64,000 nt of DNA from a virus (taxonomy: Duplodnaviria; Heunggongvirae; Uroviricota; Caudoviricetes), in IMG/VR virus record IMGVR_UViG_3300017766_003306, positions 5,587 to 69,586 of that record, one strand, 5' to 3'. The notes beneath the pieces are model-generated. The model did no database searches and had not been told where the DNA came from. It saw only the letters and a list, made by a program, of their open reading frames with translations. How positions within the stretch are numbered: position 1 is the stretch's first letter; every line of letters begins with the position of its first letter. Position numbers and translations under genes: made by a program. Below are positions 9,521 through 18,685 of the stretch, piece by piece.

Positions 9521-9892
9521 TAAGATCTTATGAGCTTTTCTTATATTTTCCCTCAGTGAGACGCTCTGTATGCGTTGAAATGATATGCTTGCTTATGATT
9601 GAGTGAGTCTATTATTACCTCTTCATACGAGAGACTAGAGAGTGCTTAGAATGAAGGTCTATATTTTAGCTTATATATTCTCGTATAAAACAGACTGAAG
9701 CCCTTATTTACTAAGGACTTCTATCCGAAAAGCATTTAACGCTTGGTTAATCTAGTATGTTTAGCGTATGAGGGGGATTTTACACCCCCTGACCGCATTC
9801 CGTAGCTTTCTCGTATACTTTACTCGCTACAGGTCTAAGTTTCAACAGTGTTTTTTAATTAAGCTTACCCGAAGGGAGTAATTATCTTACAC

Positions 9893-9975
9893 TGCCTAGA
9901 AAGGTGTGGGTATCGAAGCCACGACACTAAGGCATTTCCGCCTCTGTTCTACCAACTGAACTAACCTTATCTATT
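9893..9975 (-). ncRNA. tRNA-like element (degenerate; canonical D-arm AGTTCAGTTGGTAGAAC and T-arm GTGGCTTCGATACCCAC, non-canonical anticodon region)
   Basis: Reverse complement of 9893-9975 folds into a partial cloverleaf; anticodon loop is irregular (6-nt or mispaired) so not called as a functional tRNA. Confidence 0.3.
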
Positions 9976-10558
9976 CTTAGTACCTGATTACATTATCATA
10001 GTATGATCGACTTGTCAACCCTTTATCTTTGTGAATTACTTGTTTCAGTGTATTATAATCCAAGCTACTAGACAGCGTTCAGATGCTCTGTGTGTAGAGG
10101 AGTATATGAGATGATTACTGCGTACTTTGAGAGTGGTTCCTACGCTCATAGAGCTTACAGTGTAGGGTGGGGTATGGATTTCTAGTTGGGTTTAGGTGTT
10201 TGGATAGGATACTCAGGGTGGTAAGGATATTGTAGGAGGAAGGTAGGGTTATCGGTAAGGGTGATTGGATATAGCGGGTAGGTATAATTGCACCAATTAG
10301 ATTTTTACTAAAATTGCGTGGATTGTAGGAACTAGGATACGCTTTGAGTTCCGTGAACTTCCCCCAAAAAATAATGTATACGACGATATAAAGAAAAAGG
10401 AGAGAAGGTATCCTCTCCTTGTACTCGATCTTTCTACTAACCACATTGCAACTACCCCTAAATACTCTATAAATAGCATTCCTACGTCTAGTATACAACG
10501 AGATTATTTTAGATATGTGCATATATTACTTCGTTAGTTTGAGTATTTTCTACTTGTA

Positions 10559-10626
10559 TGTAAAAGAACCTTGAATATGTTTACATAAGATTAAATACTT
10601 GTAAACATATTCAAGGTTCTTTTACA
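10559..10626. repeat. 27-bp perfect inverted repeat (TGTAAAAGAACCTTGAATATGTTTACA) with 14-nt spacer, just downstream of the tail-fibre gene
   Basis: arm1 10559-10585, arm2 10600-10626 exact reverse complement. Confidence 0.9.
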
Positions 10627-10670
10627 TTAGATCTTAATTAGGGTTAAATTATGAATAACTCTAAGAAGTT

Positions 10671-10691
10671 AATCCTGAATCCTGAATCCTG
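10671..10691. repeat. 3x tandem heptamer AATCCTG
   Basis: AATCCTGAATCCTGAATCCTG. Confidence 0.9.
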
Positions 10692-10723
10692 AATTAGGAA
10701 CTCGTGTCTCCCTATAATCTAGC

Positions 10724-13700
10724 CTAGAATCTAGCATCATTTTTCATAAATCTACCAATACTTGTAGAAATATGACCTATGCTAGATGCACTCCCGCCTG
10801 ATCCGTTTTGAACTGCGATGCGTTCAGCTAAGAATGTAGAAGCAGAGGGTAAGTTAGTTGTGTACGTTGATTTAACTAAAGTATCTGTTGTACCGTCTGC
10901 ATTATGCACATACGCTTCGACTACAACAGGGGAGCCGTTGTTTGCGTCGTACCCTGCACAAGCAATCTTAAGCTCTACAAGTTGAAATGCTTGAATCGCA
11001 ATACCTGTATCTACTTTCTGCAACGTACCGCTTCCTGTTCTTCTTACTGCTTGCCAGTTTACGTCATTTGTATCTTTGAATAACCCGATCATATCTGTAA
11101 TATCAGCAAGAGAATTACTTGCTAATGAGTTTACTTGACTACACATCCCTACAAATAATCTACAAGTAGCATCTAACGTAGCAGACTTCACAACATTTAT
11201 AGAGACGTTAGAGAGCGTACCGCTCACGTCTGAATTGAATGTAAACGTGTTTGCATCTACGACTGTTATTGTGTAGTTTCCGTTTGTAGATACTCCTGTA
11301 GGGAAGTGAAGCTCGTACACACCGCTACTTAATCCGTGACCTGTGACAGTAGCAGTACACGCTAATAAAGATCTGTTAAACGTCCCGCCCAATCTTTGCT
11401 GAAAGACTGTCGTAAACAAGCTCTGATACAAGAACCCTGCTGATTGCTGACTCGTTGCTGTCCCTCTATGGTATCTAGCTACTGTAGGTCTAAGACTCGC
11501 TACTAAGTTTGCAGTAGTTACGTTCTGTCCTGCTGTAGCAGACGTTAGAAGGTTAGACGCTACAGAGCTTTGATTCCCTACAGTTAGAATGTGTCTTGGG
11601 ACTGCTTGAGCAGGGCTTGCAGTAGATACTACCCCTTGACTTACTGATAAGTTTTCTTGAGCTATTGCACCGTTTAAAGATGCGATCTGTACACTTCCCC
11701 CCCATCCCCAAGAAGATCGAGTGTTTAACCCTAACCCCTCAGAAGATACAAACCCTGTAGGCACATCAGGTTCGAGTGTAGTCGTTGATCCGTAAGATTT
11801 TCTTGTGTTCTTAGGGATGAAAATAGTAAATCTACCGTTTCGATTCAGACCCAGCTCACTCTTGTTTTGAAAAGGGGCTTTAGCGTCGTACCGCTCCCCT
11901 AGACCTTCAATGAAGTTATGCCGTAAACTTATTCTGCCCCGTTTTTTTATAGAAGCTCCGTAGTATTTATTAAACTCAGGAACCCATTTTTGCTTAAATC
12001 TAAGCGTACCTTGATCATAAGTCCAAGTAATCCCTGTGTCTAACGTGCAATAGTTTCTATCATCTAATGCAGTAGTTAAGACGATCTTAGTAACAGTTAA
12101 AGCCCCTGAAGCACTACCGCTAGCTACAGTGTTGAACGTAAATGTGTTAGCATCTATGACTGTTACAATGTACTCGTCATCGACTAATAGAGCATCGTCA
12201 AAGTCTATTCTATATCTGGTATTGTTAGTCAAACCGTGGGCTACTACGTTTGCTGTGCATAGCATAGCTACTCTATTAAACGTCCCTGAAACAGTAGTTT
12301 GTAAATCTGATAATGTAGGGTAAACAGATCTCGAAGGTTTAAATACTTCTACTGAACCTATTGCAATAGTTCCTGATTCTACAGTGTTCAAAGTAGCTAC
12401 AGTAGAACTTACTACAGTTATAGGGAAGTTACCTTTAACTGCTCCCCCTGTAGGGAAGTTGACCTCATACGTTTGACCGTCTATCAAGTTATGGTTTGAA
12501 GGGAAGGTTAGCGTTGCTAAAGTCCCTGAACGACTGTAAGTTCCGTTAGATGCACCGTATCTTATGTAATGAGGAGACCCTGTTCTTTCCCCTAACTCAT
12601 CAAGACTGAATCCCCAATACGACGTAGCCCAAGTGTCTTGAGCTAAGTAAGTAATCGAGTCATCTCCTGTTGTAGGGAAGTCTGCTTCTGTAGCGAATAC
12701 AGCAGGGACGCTAGCGTGGTTGTACGCACTTGGGTAGTGGTTAGACGTTAAACAGTCAAAGAAGACAAAGTTAAGTCTGTTTGATTCCCAATACACTCTA
12801 CTCATTTGTATGTCTGTAGATCTAGCTACGATAGCCCCTTTAGGGAGTTGAGTAGAACTTATAACATCAATATCGGGGACTGTAGGGGCAGTTAAAGAAC
12901 TGTTATATCCGCAGTTCTCAAAAGTCGTGTTTCCGTCTAAAATAATTTGAGAACAGTTATCAAACTCTAAACCGTTCTCTCTAATGTTTTCCCAATACCC
13001 GCCCCAGTGGCATATCGTTGTTGAAATGATTTCAAGTCCTGAAGTGCTGAGTCTTTGGTTACTTTGGGCTTTAAATCCGTTACGGCAGTTAATGTATCTA
13101 GGGTTCCAAACGTGTATGTTAATCGCTTGGTCTACTATAATCGCATAGTTACTCATGCCTCTAATTTCAGGTTGCCATAGTGTATTTCTACCTACAGAAT
13201 CTAAAGCAGGAGACCCATCAGGGTTGTCTAAATCTCTACTCCACTTTAAGCCGTCTACTCGTTTAGTTGGGTGTAATTCTCCCCCTAACCATTCGATCGC
13301 TACACCCCCTAAATTGAAGCTCTGAGCATTAGAAGTAATACAAGCTTGACCGTCTAGCAAGGCTGACTCTGCCCATCTCAAACGGGTAGAATATCGAGAA
13401 GTCGTTATCCACTGAGTCCCTCTTGTCTCAAACAATGGGGCATTAACTGGGAAAGTACCATCAGGGAACACAATACGCTGACCTACAGACGCATTCGCTA
13501 AAGTAGTGTTTAGTAACGTAGCGTTCGCTACGCCGTCTTGCGTTAAAGCTAAAGGGGCTACAGGGGTTAATTTATTTATAGTAGTCTTGTCTGCAGGGAG
13601 CATTAAGCTTGCATTAGTCGTGCTTCCTGAAGGGATAGTTGCGTTTGTACCAGTACTACTTGTTACTATTCCATTAGTGGGTGAGGCTGTATATGCTAAG

Positions 13701-13786
13701 TTTGTAGGGGTGTTTAAAGAGATACCTCCCCCAATCTCAACTTCAACTATATTTTCTGTTAAAGTAAGCTCTAATACGTTACTCAT
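10724..13786 (-). CDS. tail fibre / tailspike protein with beta-helix-like central region and triplicated ~55-aa repeat
   Basis: 1020 aa, Ser/Thr/Asn/Gly-rich. Three internal repeats share the pattern TFNR..L.CTA.V..HGL....Y...F.........Y.ITVVDANTFTFN...SGT. C-terminal ~150 aa homologous to the C-terminus of ORF 14215..15000. Confidence 0.7.
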   Translation of the reverse strand: MSNVLELTLTENIVEVEIGGGISLNTPTNLAYTASPTNGIVTSSTGTNATIPSGSTTNASLMLPADKTTINKLTPVAPLALTQDGVANATLLNTTLANASVGQRIVFPDGTFPVNAPLFETRGTQWITTSRYSTRLRWAESALLDGQACITSNAQSFNLGGVAIEWLGGELHPTKRVDGLKWSRDLDNPDGSPALDSVGRNTLWQPEIRGMSNYAIIVDQAINIHVWNPRYINCRNGFKAQSNQRLSTSGLEIISTTICHWGGYWENIRENGLEFDNCSQIILDGNTTFENCGYNSSLTAPTVPDIDVISSTQLPKGAIVARSTDIQMSRVYWESNRLNFVFFDCLTSNHYPSAYNHASVPAVFATEADFPTTGDDSITYLAQDTWATSYWGFSLDELGERTGSPHYIRYGASNGTYSRSGTLATLTFPSNHNLIDGQTYEVNFPTGGAVKGNFPITVVSSTVATLNTVESGTIAIGSVEVFKPSRSVYPTLSDLQTTVSGTFNRVAMLCTANVVAHGLTNNTRYRIDFDDALLVDDEYIVTVIDANTFTFNTVASGSASGALTVTKIVLTTALDDRNYCTLDTGITWTYDQGTLRFKQKWVPEFNKYYGASIKKRGRISLRHNFIEGLGERYDAKAPFQNKSELGLNRNGRFTIFIPKNTRKSYGSTTTLEPDVPTGFVSSEGLGLNTRSSWGWGGSVQIASLNGAIAQENLSVSQGVVSTASPAQAVPRHILTVGNQSSVASNLLTSATAGQNVTTANLVASLRPTVARYHRGTATSQQSAGFLYQSLFTTVFQQRLGGTFNRSLLACTATVTGHGLSSGVYELHFPTGVSTNGNYTITVVDANTFTFNSDVSGTLSNVSINVVKSATLDATCRLFVGMCSQVNSLASNSLADITDMIGLFKDTNDVNWQAVRRTGSGTLQKVDTGIAIQAFQLVELKIACAGYDANNGSPVVVEAYVHNADGTTDTLVKSTYTTNLPSASTFLAERIAVQNGSGGSASSIGHISTSIGRFMKNDARF

Positions 13787-14175
13787 CGGGATACACCCTC
13801 CACTAAATTAAATGTACCCTTAACTACAGTCTCGACAATACCCCCAACATAAGTAAGTCTTATGTCGTATACGCCTTTAGTCCACGCTATAGTAGCCCAA
13901 TCATTTTGAGGGATAGATATTGTTATCGTATTAGTTTCAGAATCTACGACCGTAGAAAATGTATATAAAATAGTCTGACTTAAAGCAGTAGATCTTAGTT
14001 GCATTAATGCTGTTACGCCCGCTAAGCTCTTTACTTCTCTCGTGTCTTTATCTAGTATTCTGAGTTTAGCGACAAATGTAGACCCTCTGTAATGCTTTAT
14101 GTCTACAGTTTTTGGGACATTGTTGATTATAGACACTAAACCAATCCTCGCTAAATTAAGTAGGTACTTAATCAT
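13783..14175 (-). CDS. putative tail-fibre-associated structural protein
   Basis: 130-aa ORF translationally coupled (ATGA overlap) to the tail fibre gene. Confidence 0.4.
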   Translation of the reverse strand: MIKYLLNLARIGLVSIINNVPKTVDIKHYRGSTFVAKLRILDKDTREVKSLAGVTALMQLRSTALSQTILYTFSTVVDSETNTITISIPQNDWATIAWTKGVYDIRLTYVGGIVETVVKGTFNLVEGVSR

Positions 14176-14214
14176 AATAACACGAGGTTTATTAGTTGCT
14201 GTATTTAGTAATAT

Positions 14215-15000
14215 CTACAGAGCGAATGCGTACCCGCTTATAAAGCTGATCGTAGCAGTAGAAGCTACCGCCCCGTTCCTTACTGCTACATGAGGGGTTA
14301 CTATCGCGGTTGCTCCTGCAAGCCCTGTAGTGTGCAACGCATCATATACAACTGTCTGACTTCCATTTAAGTTAGTCTGAACGATTCTGACGTTTGTCCC
14401 TGCATTTTGGGGTAGAGAAATGATCTCTAATTGAAAAACTTGTCCTGCGGTAACAGCTATCCCTAAATCTACTTTGCTAAATGCCCCTGATCCTGTTTGT
14501 TTAGCGAAGAACCAATTAGTGTCCCCCGCTTCTTTAATCATTCCTAAGAAATCAGTCAAAGATGCTAAAGAAGCGGGAGTTGATGTATTTGAAGAAGTCC
14601 CTATGTAGTTCTCTCTTCCTGTTAATACACTAGACCCTGACGTAAAGTTTAACTCACACTTATACCCTACTGTAGAGTTATACCCTACATGAGTAGATCC
14701 TCTGTAGTTTGCTGTGTTCCCTGCTGACGCAGATGTTGTTAAAGAAGTTCTATTAAATAGTTCAGCAGGGGTAGTAGGGCTAGCGGATGCACTCACTTGA
14801 GCAAGTGTACCTCCCCCTCCAATCGTTCCCCCTAATCCTACAATAGACGCTCCGTTTGTTGCAGGAGTCATAATAAATGAGTTTCGCTTACCTATTGCCC
14901 CTGCTCTTCTTAAGTCTGTATCGTGGTTTAAAAAGTTTGTATTGATTGCATTACGAACTGCTAATCCTAAATCGCCGTTGTTTATTACTGTTGAAGGCAT
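14215..15000 (-). CDS. second tail fibre protein (shares C-terminal domain with the 1020-aa fibre)
   Basis: 261 aa; SLASLTDFLGMIKEAGDTNWFFAKQTGSGAFSKVDLGIAVTAGQVFQLEI aligns with SLADITDMIGLFKDTNDVNWQAVRRTGSGTLQKVDTGIAIQAFQLVELKI of the large fibre. Confidence 0.65.
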   Translation of the reverse strand: MPSTVINNGDLGLAVRNAINTNFLNHDTDLRRAGAIGKRNSFIMTPATNGASIVGLGGTIGGGGTLAQVSASASPTTPAELFNRTSLTTSASAGNTANYRGSTHVGYNSTVGYKCELNFTSGSSVLTGRENYIGTSSNTSTPASLASLTDFLGMIKEAGDTNWFFAKQTGSGAFSKVDLGIAVTAGQVFQLEIISLPQNAGTNVRIVQTNLNGSQTVVYDALHTTGLAGATAIVTPHVAVRNGAVASTATISFISGYAFAL

Positions 15001-15207
15001 TGTGTCATTCTCCTGATTTTAAGTCTTAGTCTACCCAAGAAGCACTATCTACCCATACGCCTGAGTCTCTCCATACTCCGTACAAGAGTATCCAACTATA
15101 GAGCGGGTTTGCTGTATCAGCAAAAGAGAATCCGCCTGAGAAAGTAAACTGGGTAAGCATTTAAACACTCCGTTATCGGGCTTTATTCACTAATAATAAC
15201 ACGGCTT

Positions 15208-15726
15208 TTATCTAGTGTGTGCATTTAATGCCTCTTGCAACAAACGCTCGAACTCTACAGGAGTCATTGGAGGTCTTCTTCTTAATGCTCGTATATTGTC
15301 TCTAACTTTTCTTATGTTTTCAGATATTTGCTTCCACCTATCTTTGATCTCTTCCTGCTCTTCATAAGCGACAAACTCTTGTTTATTTAGTTCAAAATCG
15401 TTAAGCAAACACAACACATCTAATAACTCAGAGTCAGGGGGATGTTTTTCTCTATATTTCTTAGACTTAGTTTTCGTATCGGGTTCAATTTTTTGTGTAG
15501 TCTTACATTCTAACGCACTTACCTTCTTTTCTAATTTTTCTATTTTTCTTCGTTGATCTTCTACCTCAATCCTCAACCCCTCAGTATGCCTAACTACCCC
15601 TTCTGCCGTTAATCTATCGACTTGGGGGATGCTTACGCCATAATGTTGTAGATTGTGTCTAATTATCATATGTACTTGGTTTAATTGATAAGCATTAAGC
15701 TCTTGATAACGATTTTCTGTTGTCAT
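15208..15726 (-). CDS. hypothetical protein (charged, coiled-coil)
   Basis: 172-aa ORF. Confidence 0.4.
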   Translation of the reverse strand: MTTENRYQELNAYQLNQVHMIIRHNLQHYGVSIPQVDRLTAEGVVRHTEGLRIEVEDQRRKIEKLEKKVSALECKTTQKIEPDTKTKSKKYREKHPPDSELLDVLCLLNDFELNKQEFVAYEEQEEIKDRWKQISENIRKVRDNIRALRRRPPMTPVEFERLLQEALNAHTR

Positions 15727-15750
15727 AATACCTGTCCAGCCCGTAGTTTT

Positions 15751-15936
15751 CTATATTTTTATTTTATATACATCAGCTATTCTATTTTTTATGTGGGTAG
15801 TAAGTGGCTTTCGACTTATCTCTATACACGCTATATAGCCCAAACTATACCCCAAAGCATTAGCTAATTCTCTTTGACTAATACGCCCTAACTGCCATCT
15901 AAGCTCTTTTAGTTTTGAAGCATCTTCTACTGTCAT
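15751..15936 (-). CDS. XRE-family helix-turn-helix transcriptional regulator (Cro/CI-like)
   Basis: 61 aa; LRWQLGRISQRELANALGYSLGYIACIE matches the HTH_XRE signature. Confidence 0.6.
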   Translation of the reverse strand: MTVEDASKLKELRWQLGRISQRELANALGYSLGYIACIEISRKPLTTHIKNRIADVYKIKI

Positions 15937-15938
15937 TT

Positions 15939-16163
15939 TTATAGATTCCCTGAAAGTCTATCTACTCTAAAATTATCTACGTCTATAGAGTCACAGCGTT
16001 CGCTAGGAGTTTTATCACTGTTAGAAGTTATTACTAGCAATACTAGAAAAACAGCCCCGCAAGACATCCCTAAGACAAACACTCCCCAACCTATTGTTGT
16101 TCTAAGATCTATCATCAATAATACCTTTTCATAATTACTAATAATTACCGTCAAACTCTTCAA
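15939..16163 (-). CDS. small membrane protein
   Basis: 74 aa, one TM helix (VFVLGMSCGAVFLVLLVITS). Confidence 0.35.
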   Translation of the reverse strand: MKSLTVIISNYEKVLLMIDLRTTIGWGVFVLGMSCGAVFLVLLVITSNSDKTPSERCDSIDVDNFRVDRLSGNL

Positions 16164-16296
16164 GCTCCTCTAAGTCGCAATCCGCTACAGTACTGCATTC
16201 CTTGCATACAGTTTCTTCTCCTTCTTCTGCCTCATCGACGTAGTGATCACAAGTACAGCAATAGTAAGTCTGTATAAGTTGAGATACATGATACAT

Positions 16297-16545
16297 CTAT
16301 GCTTTATACCTCAATAACGAAAGTCTATGAGATTCTAACAGCTTAGACCACCCTACATTTTGGGTAGGGCTAAACTTGGAGATATGCTGAGGGTACTTTT
16401 CTTCATACTCTTGTATAGCGTTATAGTAAGTGTCCCAAACTTTATCTTCTACTGTAGGATTATCTAAGTGATAATACTCATAAGACCATACATTAGCTTG
16501 TTTTATAGCTTCCCAGTACTCTGTTCTTGTTTCAATTACTATCAT
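16297..16545 (-). CDS. hypothetical protein
   Basis: 82-aa ORF. Confidence 0.35.
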   Translation of the reverse strand: MIVIETRTEYWEAIKQANVWSYEYYHLDNPTVEDKVWDTYYNAIQEYEEKYPQHISKFSPTQNVGWSKLLESHRLSLLRYKA

Positions 16546-16746
16546 CTACCAAATCTCCCTTACAAGTCTTTTATCTAATTCGTGCATTTTTTCTAGTGAA
16601 TCGTATTGAAACGCCCACTTAGAACCATAATGCTCGAACATTTTATCTCTCGCTTCTTTAGGGGTATTTGCATAGATTATGACCATACCTCCCCCTTGCT
16701 TCATCCCTAACGTAAAATAATGAGCGTTTGATTTTACTGTGTTCAT
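16546..16746 (-). CDS. hypothetical protein
   Basis: 66-aa ORF. Confidence 0.3.
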   Translation of the reverse strand: MNTVKSNAHYFTLGMKQGGGMVIIYANTPKEARDKMFEHYGSKWAFQYDSLEKMHELDKRLVREIW

Positions 16747-16757
16747 TTGTTTTAACC

Positions 16758-16970
16758 TTATGTATAAGATGGAGGAACTCTGACTTGAAACAAGTCAAAA
16801 AACTTCTTTGATAAGTTAGGAGTAAAAGTTCTTCTCCCTGATTCGATCAACGCTATAGTAGATCTTGAATACCCTAATTGATATGCTAATTGCTCTTGTG
16901 TAAGATTTAAAGCTACCCTAGCTTGTTTTAGCTTATCGTTAGGGTAGAAGGTTTCTGACTTTACGGACAT
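16758..16970 (-). CDS. XRE-family HTH transcriptional regulator
   Basis: 70 aa; ALNLTQEQLAYQLGYSRSTIALIESGRR canonical HTH_XRE. Confidence 0.6.
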   Translation of the reverse strand: MSVKSETFYPNDKLKQARVALNLTQEQLAYQLGYSRSTIALIESGRRTFTPNLSKKFFDLFQVRVPPSYT

Positions 16971-16973
16971 TTC

Positions 16974-17249
16974 TTAGTCTTCCTTGTAAAACTCTCTAAG
17001 AACTTTTAACTTCTTTACTTCAATCTCAATCCACTCATCCCCCATGTCAGGAATACTGGAAGAGGTGAACGAGCATTTTAAAGCTTTAGCAATCCGCTGA
17101 ATCTGCTCTAAGTTTTTGACGTGGGCTAGTCCTGAGTAGTAGTCTTTGTCCACAATGGATTGATAGATCTGACCACACTCCCACCCAAGCGTAAACGTCT
17201 CTGACTTATCTACAAAAGGTATTAGTAAGTCGTATTCGCTAGTAGTCAT
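16974..17249 (-). CDS. hypothetical protein
   Basis: 91-aa ORF. Confidence 0.35.
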   Translation of the reverse strand: MTTSEYDLLIPFVDKSETFTLGWECGQIYQSIVDKDYYSGLAHVKNLEQIQRIAKALKCSFTSSSIPDMGDEWIEIEVKKLKVLREFYKED

Positions 17250-17263
17250 TATTAAGGATTCCT

Positions 17264-17605
17264 CTATTTAACATATATTGACTTCTGAACTAATTTACCG
17301 ATAGCTTTAAACACTTTTTCAACGTCACTCTGTAGCTTTTCGTCTATTTCTGCATTCTCATCAGGGTTAGTAGTCGTTAATTTATTAGGGTTTTGTTTGT
17401 CGAATGTGTCTGTGACTAACGCTAACCCGCTTGTGTTTGAATCAGTTAAAGGGCGTAGCTTTACTTTTTTATTGTCTACACCTATAGGGGCATTGCCTTC
17501 AAGCATTGTAGAGATATTGCTTAAAGTGGCTTCTACAGCGTAGGGATTAAAAAATGCTTTTCTCGCTACATCTTCGACGACTACAGGTAAAAAGTACTTG
17601 ATCAT
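17264..17605 (-). CDS. hypothetical protein
   Basis: 113-aa ORF. Confidence 0.35.
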   Translation of the reverse strand: MIKYFLPVVVEDVARKAFFNPYAVEATLSNISTMLEGNAPIGVDNKKVKLRPLTDSNTSGLALVTDTFDKQNPNKLTTTNPDENAEIDEKLQSDVEKVFKAIGKLVQKSIYVK

Positions 17606-17623
17606 TGTAATGGATCTTTCTTT

Positions 17624-17896
17624 TTAATCTAGGAATATATCTGTTAATGCTTGCTTGAAACTCACATCGCCAAAAAGCATTATATACCCCTCTTTAAGTT
17701 TTGGATAAACATCTTTCCAATTCCAAGCTATGAACACTAATAGAGGCATTAACATTCCCCCTAAAGACATCATATAAAATATAGGCGTATACCCTAGTAA
17801 GTTGTAAGGGATTAAGCGTACTGCGTAAGTCTCTAAAGGGAGTATGACGATAAAACATATTGCCCCTCTAAGAAATAATTTTTGATATTTATCCAT
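17624..17896 (-). CDS. hypothetical membrane protein
   Basis: 90 aa, 2-3 TM helices. Confidence 0.35.
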   Translation of the reverse strand: MDKYQKLFLRGAICFIVILPLETYAVRLIPYNLLGYTPIFYMMSLGGMLMPLLVFIAWNWKDVYPKLKEGYIMLFGDVSFKQALTDIFLD

Positions 17897-18167
17897 CTGT
17901 AGTTTCTCCGTAAATCTCTTTTAATACCTTTAACTCCGCTGTATCTGTATGAAACATACAACGTTGACCTAATCCAATTTCTTTGTCTGTATAATATACG
18001 CCGTGTTGCTTTAAAAGTCTTTTTAGATCTTCAGAAAAAGCTTCATTATTGACTGCTCGTGTGAGCTGTAGTGCGTGGTTATGTATGTCTGTGTACTATT
18101 CTCAGCAACTCTCTTTTTAAGCTCGTACAAGTCGTTAAATACCTTGTCCGTTAGATTATTAGTAATC

Positions 18168-18665
18168 TTAGGCATTAGCTTCAATCCTTTCTTTTTTGTG
18201 TTCTTCTTTCTCTTCTTTTATAAAACCTTCTTGTTTTAAAAACTCACATATAACATTTAAACATTTTTTGTAATCCACTTGTCTATGCTCCATTAGATTT
18301 ATCTGAACAGGTGAATAAGTATAATCAAAACTTTTATAATTCTTAGGTCTGTGAGTAGCAAATCTTATAATCAACATTTTATCTCTTTTTACTTCCCCGC
18401 TTTTGTGTAGTTTCAGATATTTAGCTTCACTTTTTTTAGAGAAACTTACTGTAACGTCTAACTCAGGGGAGTAGGCTTTGTATAATCTGAACGCTAACTC
18501 TAAGAAGACAGGGACTTTATTATATAGCTCTTTGCTTTTTACTGCCCGTTTTACTAAATACTCCCTGTCTGCGTCTTCATTTAGTCTAAATGCTGTATCT
18601 GTTTTTCCTGACAATGCAGTCTTTACAGATATAGGCGTATATTTAGAAAACTCGTTATATGGCAT
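18168..18665 (-). CDS. hypothetical protein
   Basis: 165-aa ORF. Confidence 0.4.
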   Translation of the reverse strand: MPYNEFSKYTPISVKTALSGKTDTAFRLNEDADREYLVKRAVKSKELYNKVPVFLELAFRLYKAYSPELDVTVSFSKKSEAKYLKLHKSGEVKRDKMLIIRFATHRPKNYKSFDYTYSPVQINLMEHRQVDYKKCLNVICEFLKQEGFIKEEKEEHKKERIEANA

Positions 18666-18685
18666 AATAGCTCCTTTTTCTACGA

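Noticed and set aside
10115-10522. 135-aa minus-strand ORF in the non-coding island
   Set aside because: Low-complexity translation of a strand-skewed G/C-run region, no RBS, overlaps a tRNA-like/regulatory region; likely not coding.
10671-10691. AATCCTG x3 tandem repeat considered as a CRISPR or other array
   Set aside because: Only three 7-nt units with no spacers; no CRISPR-like repeat-spacer architecture anywhere in the window.
12129-13811. Plus-strand ORFs 12129..12323 and 13506..13811 inside the tail-fibre gene
   Set aside because: Antisense to a long, well-supported CDS with repeat structure; typical shadow ORFs.
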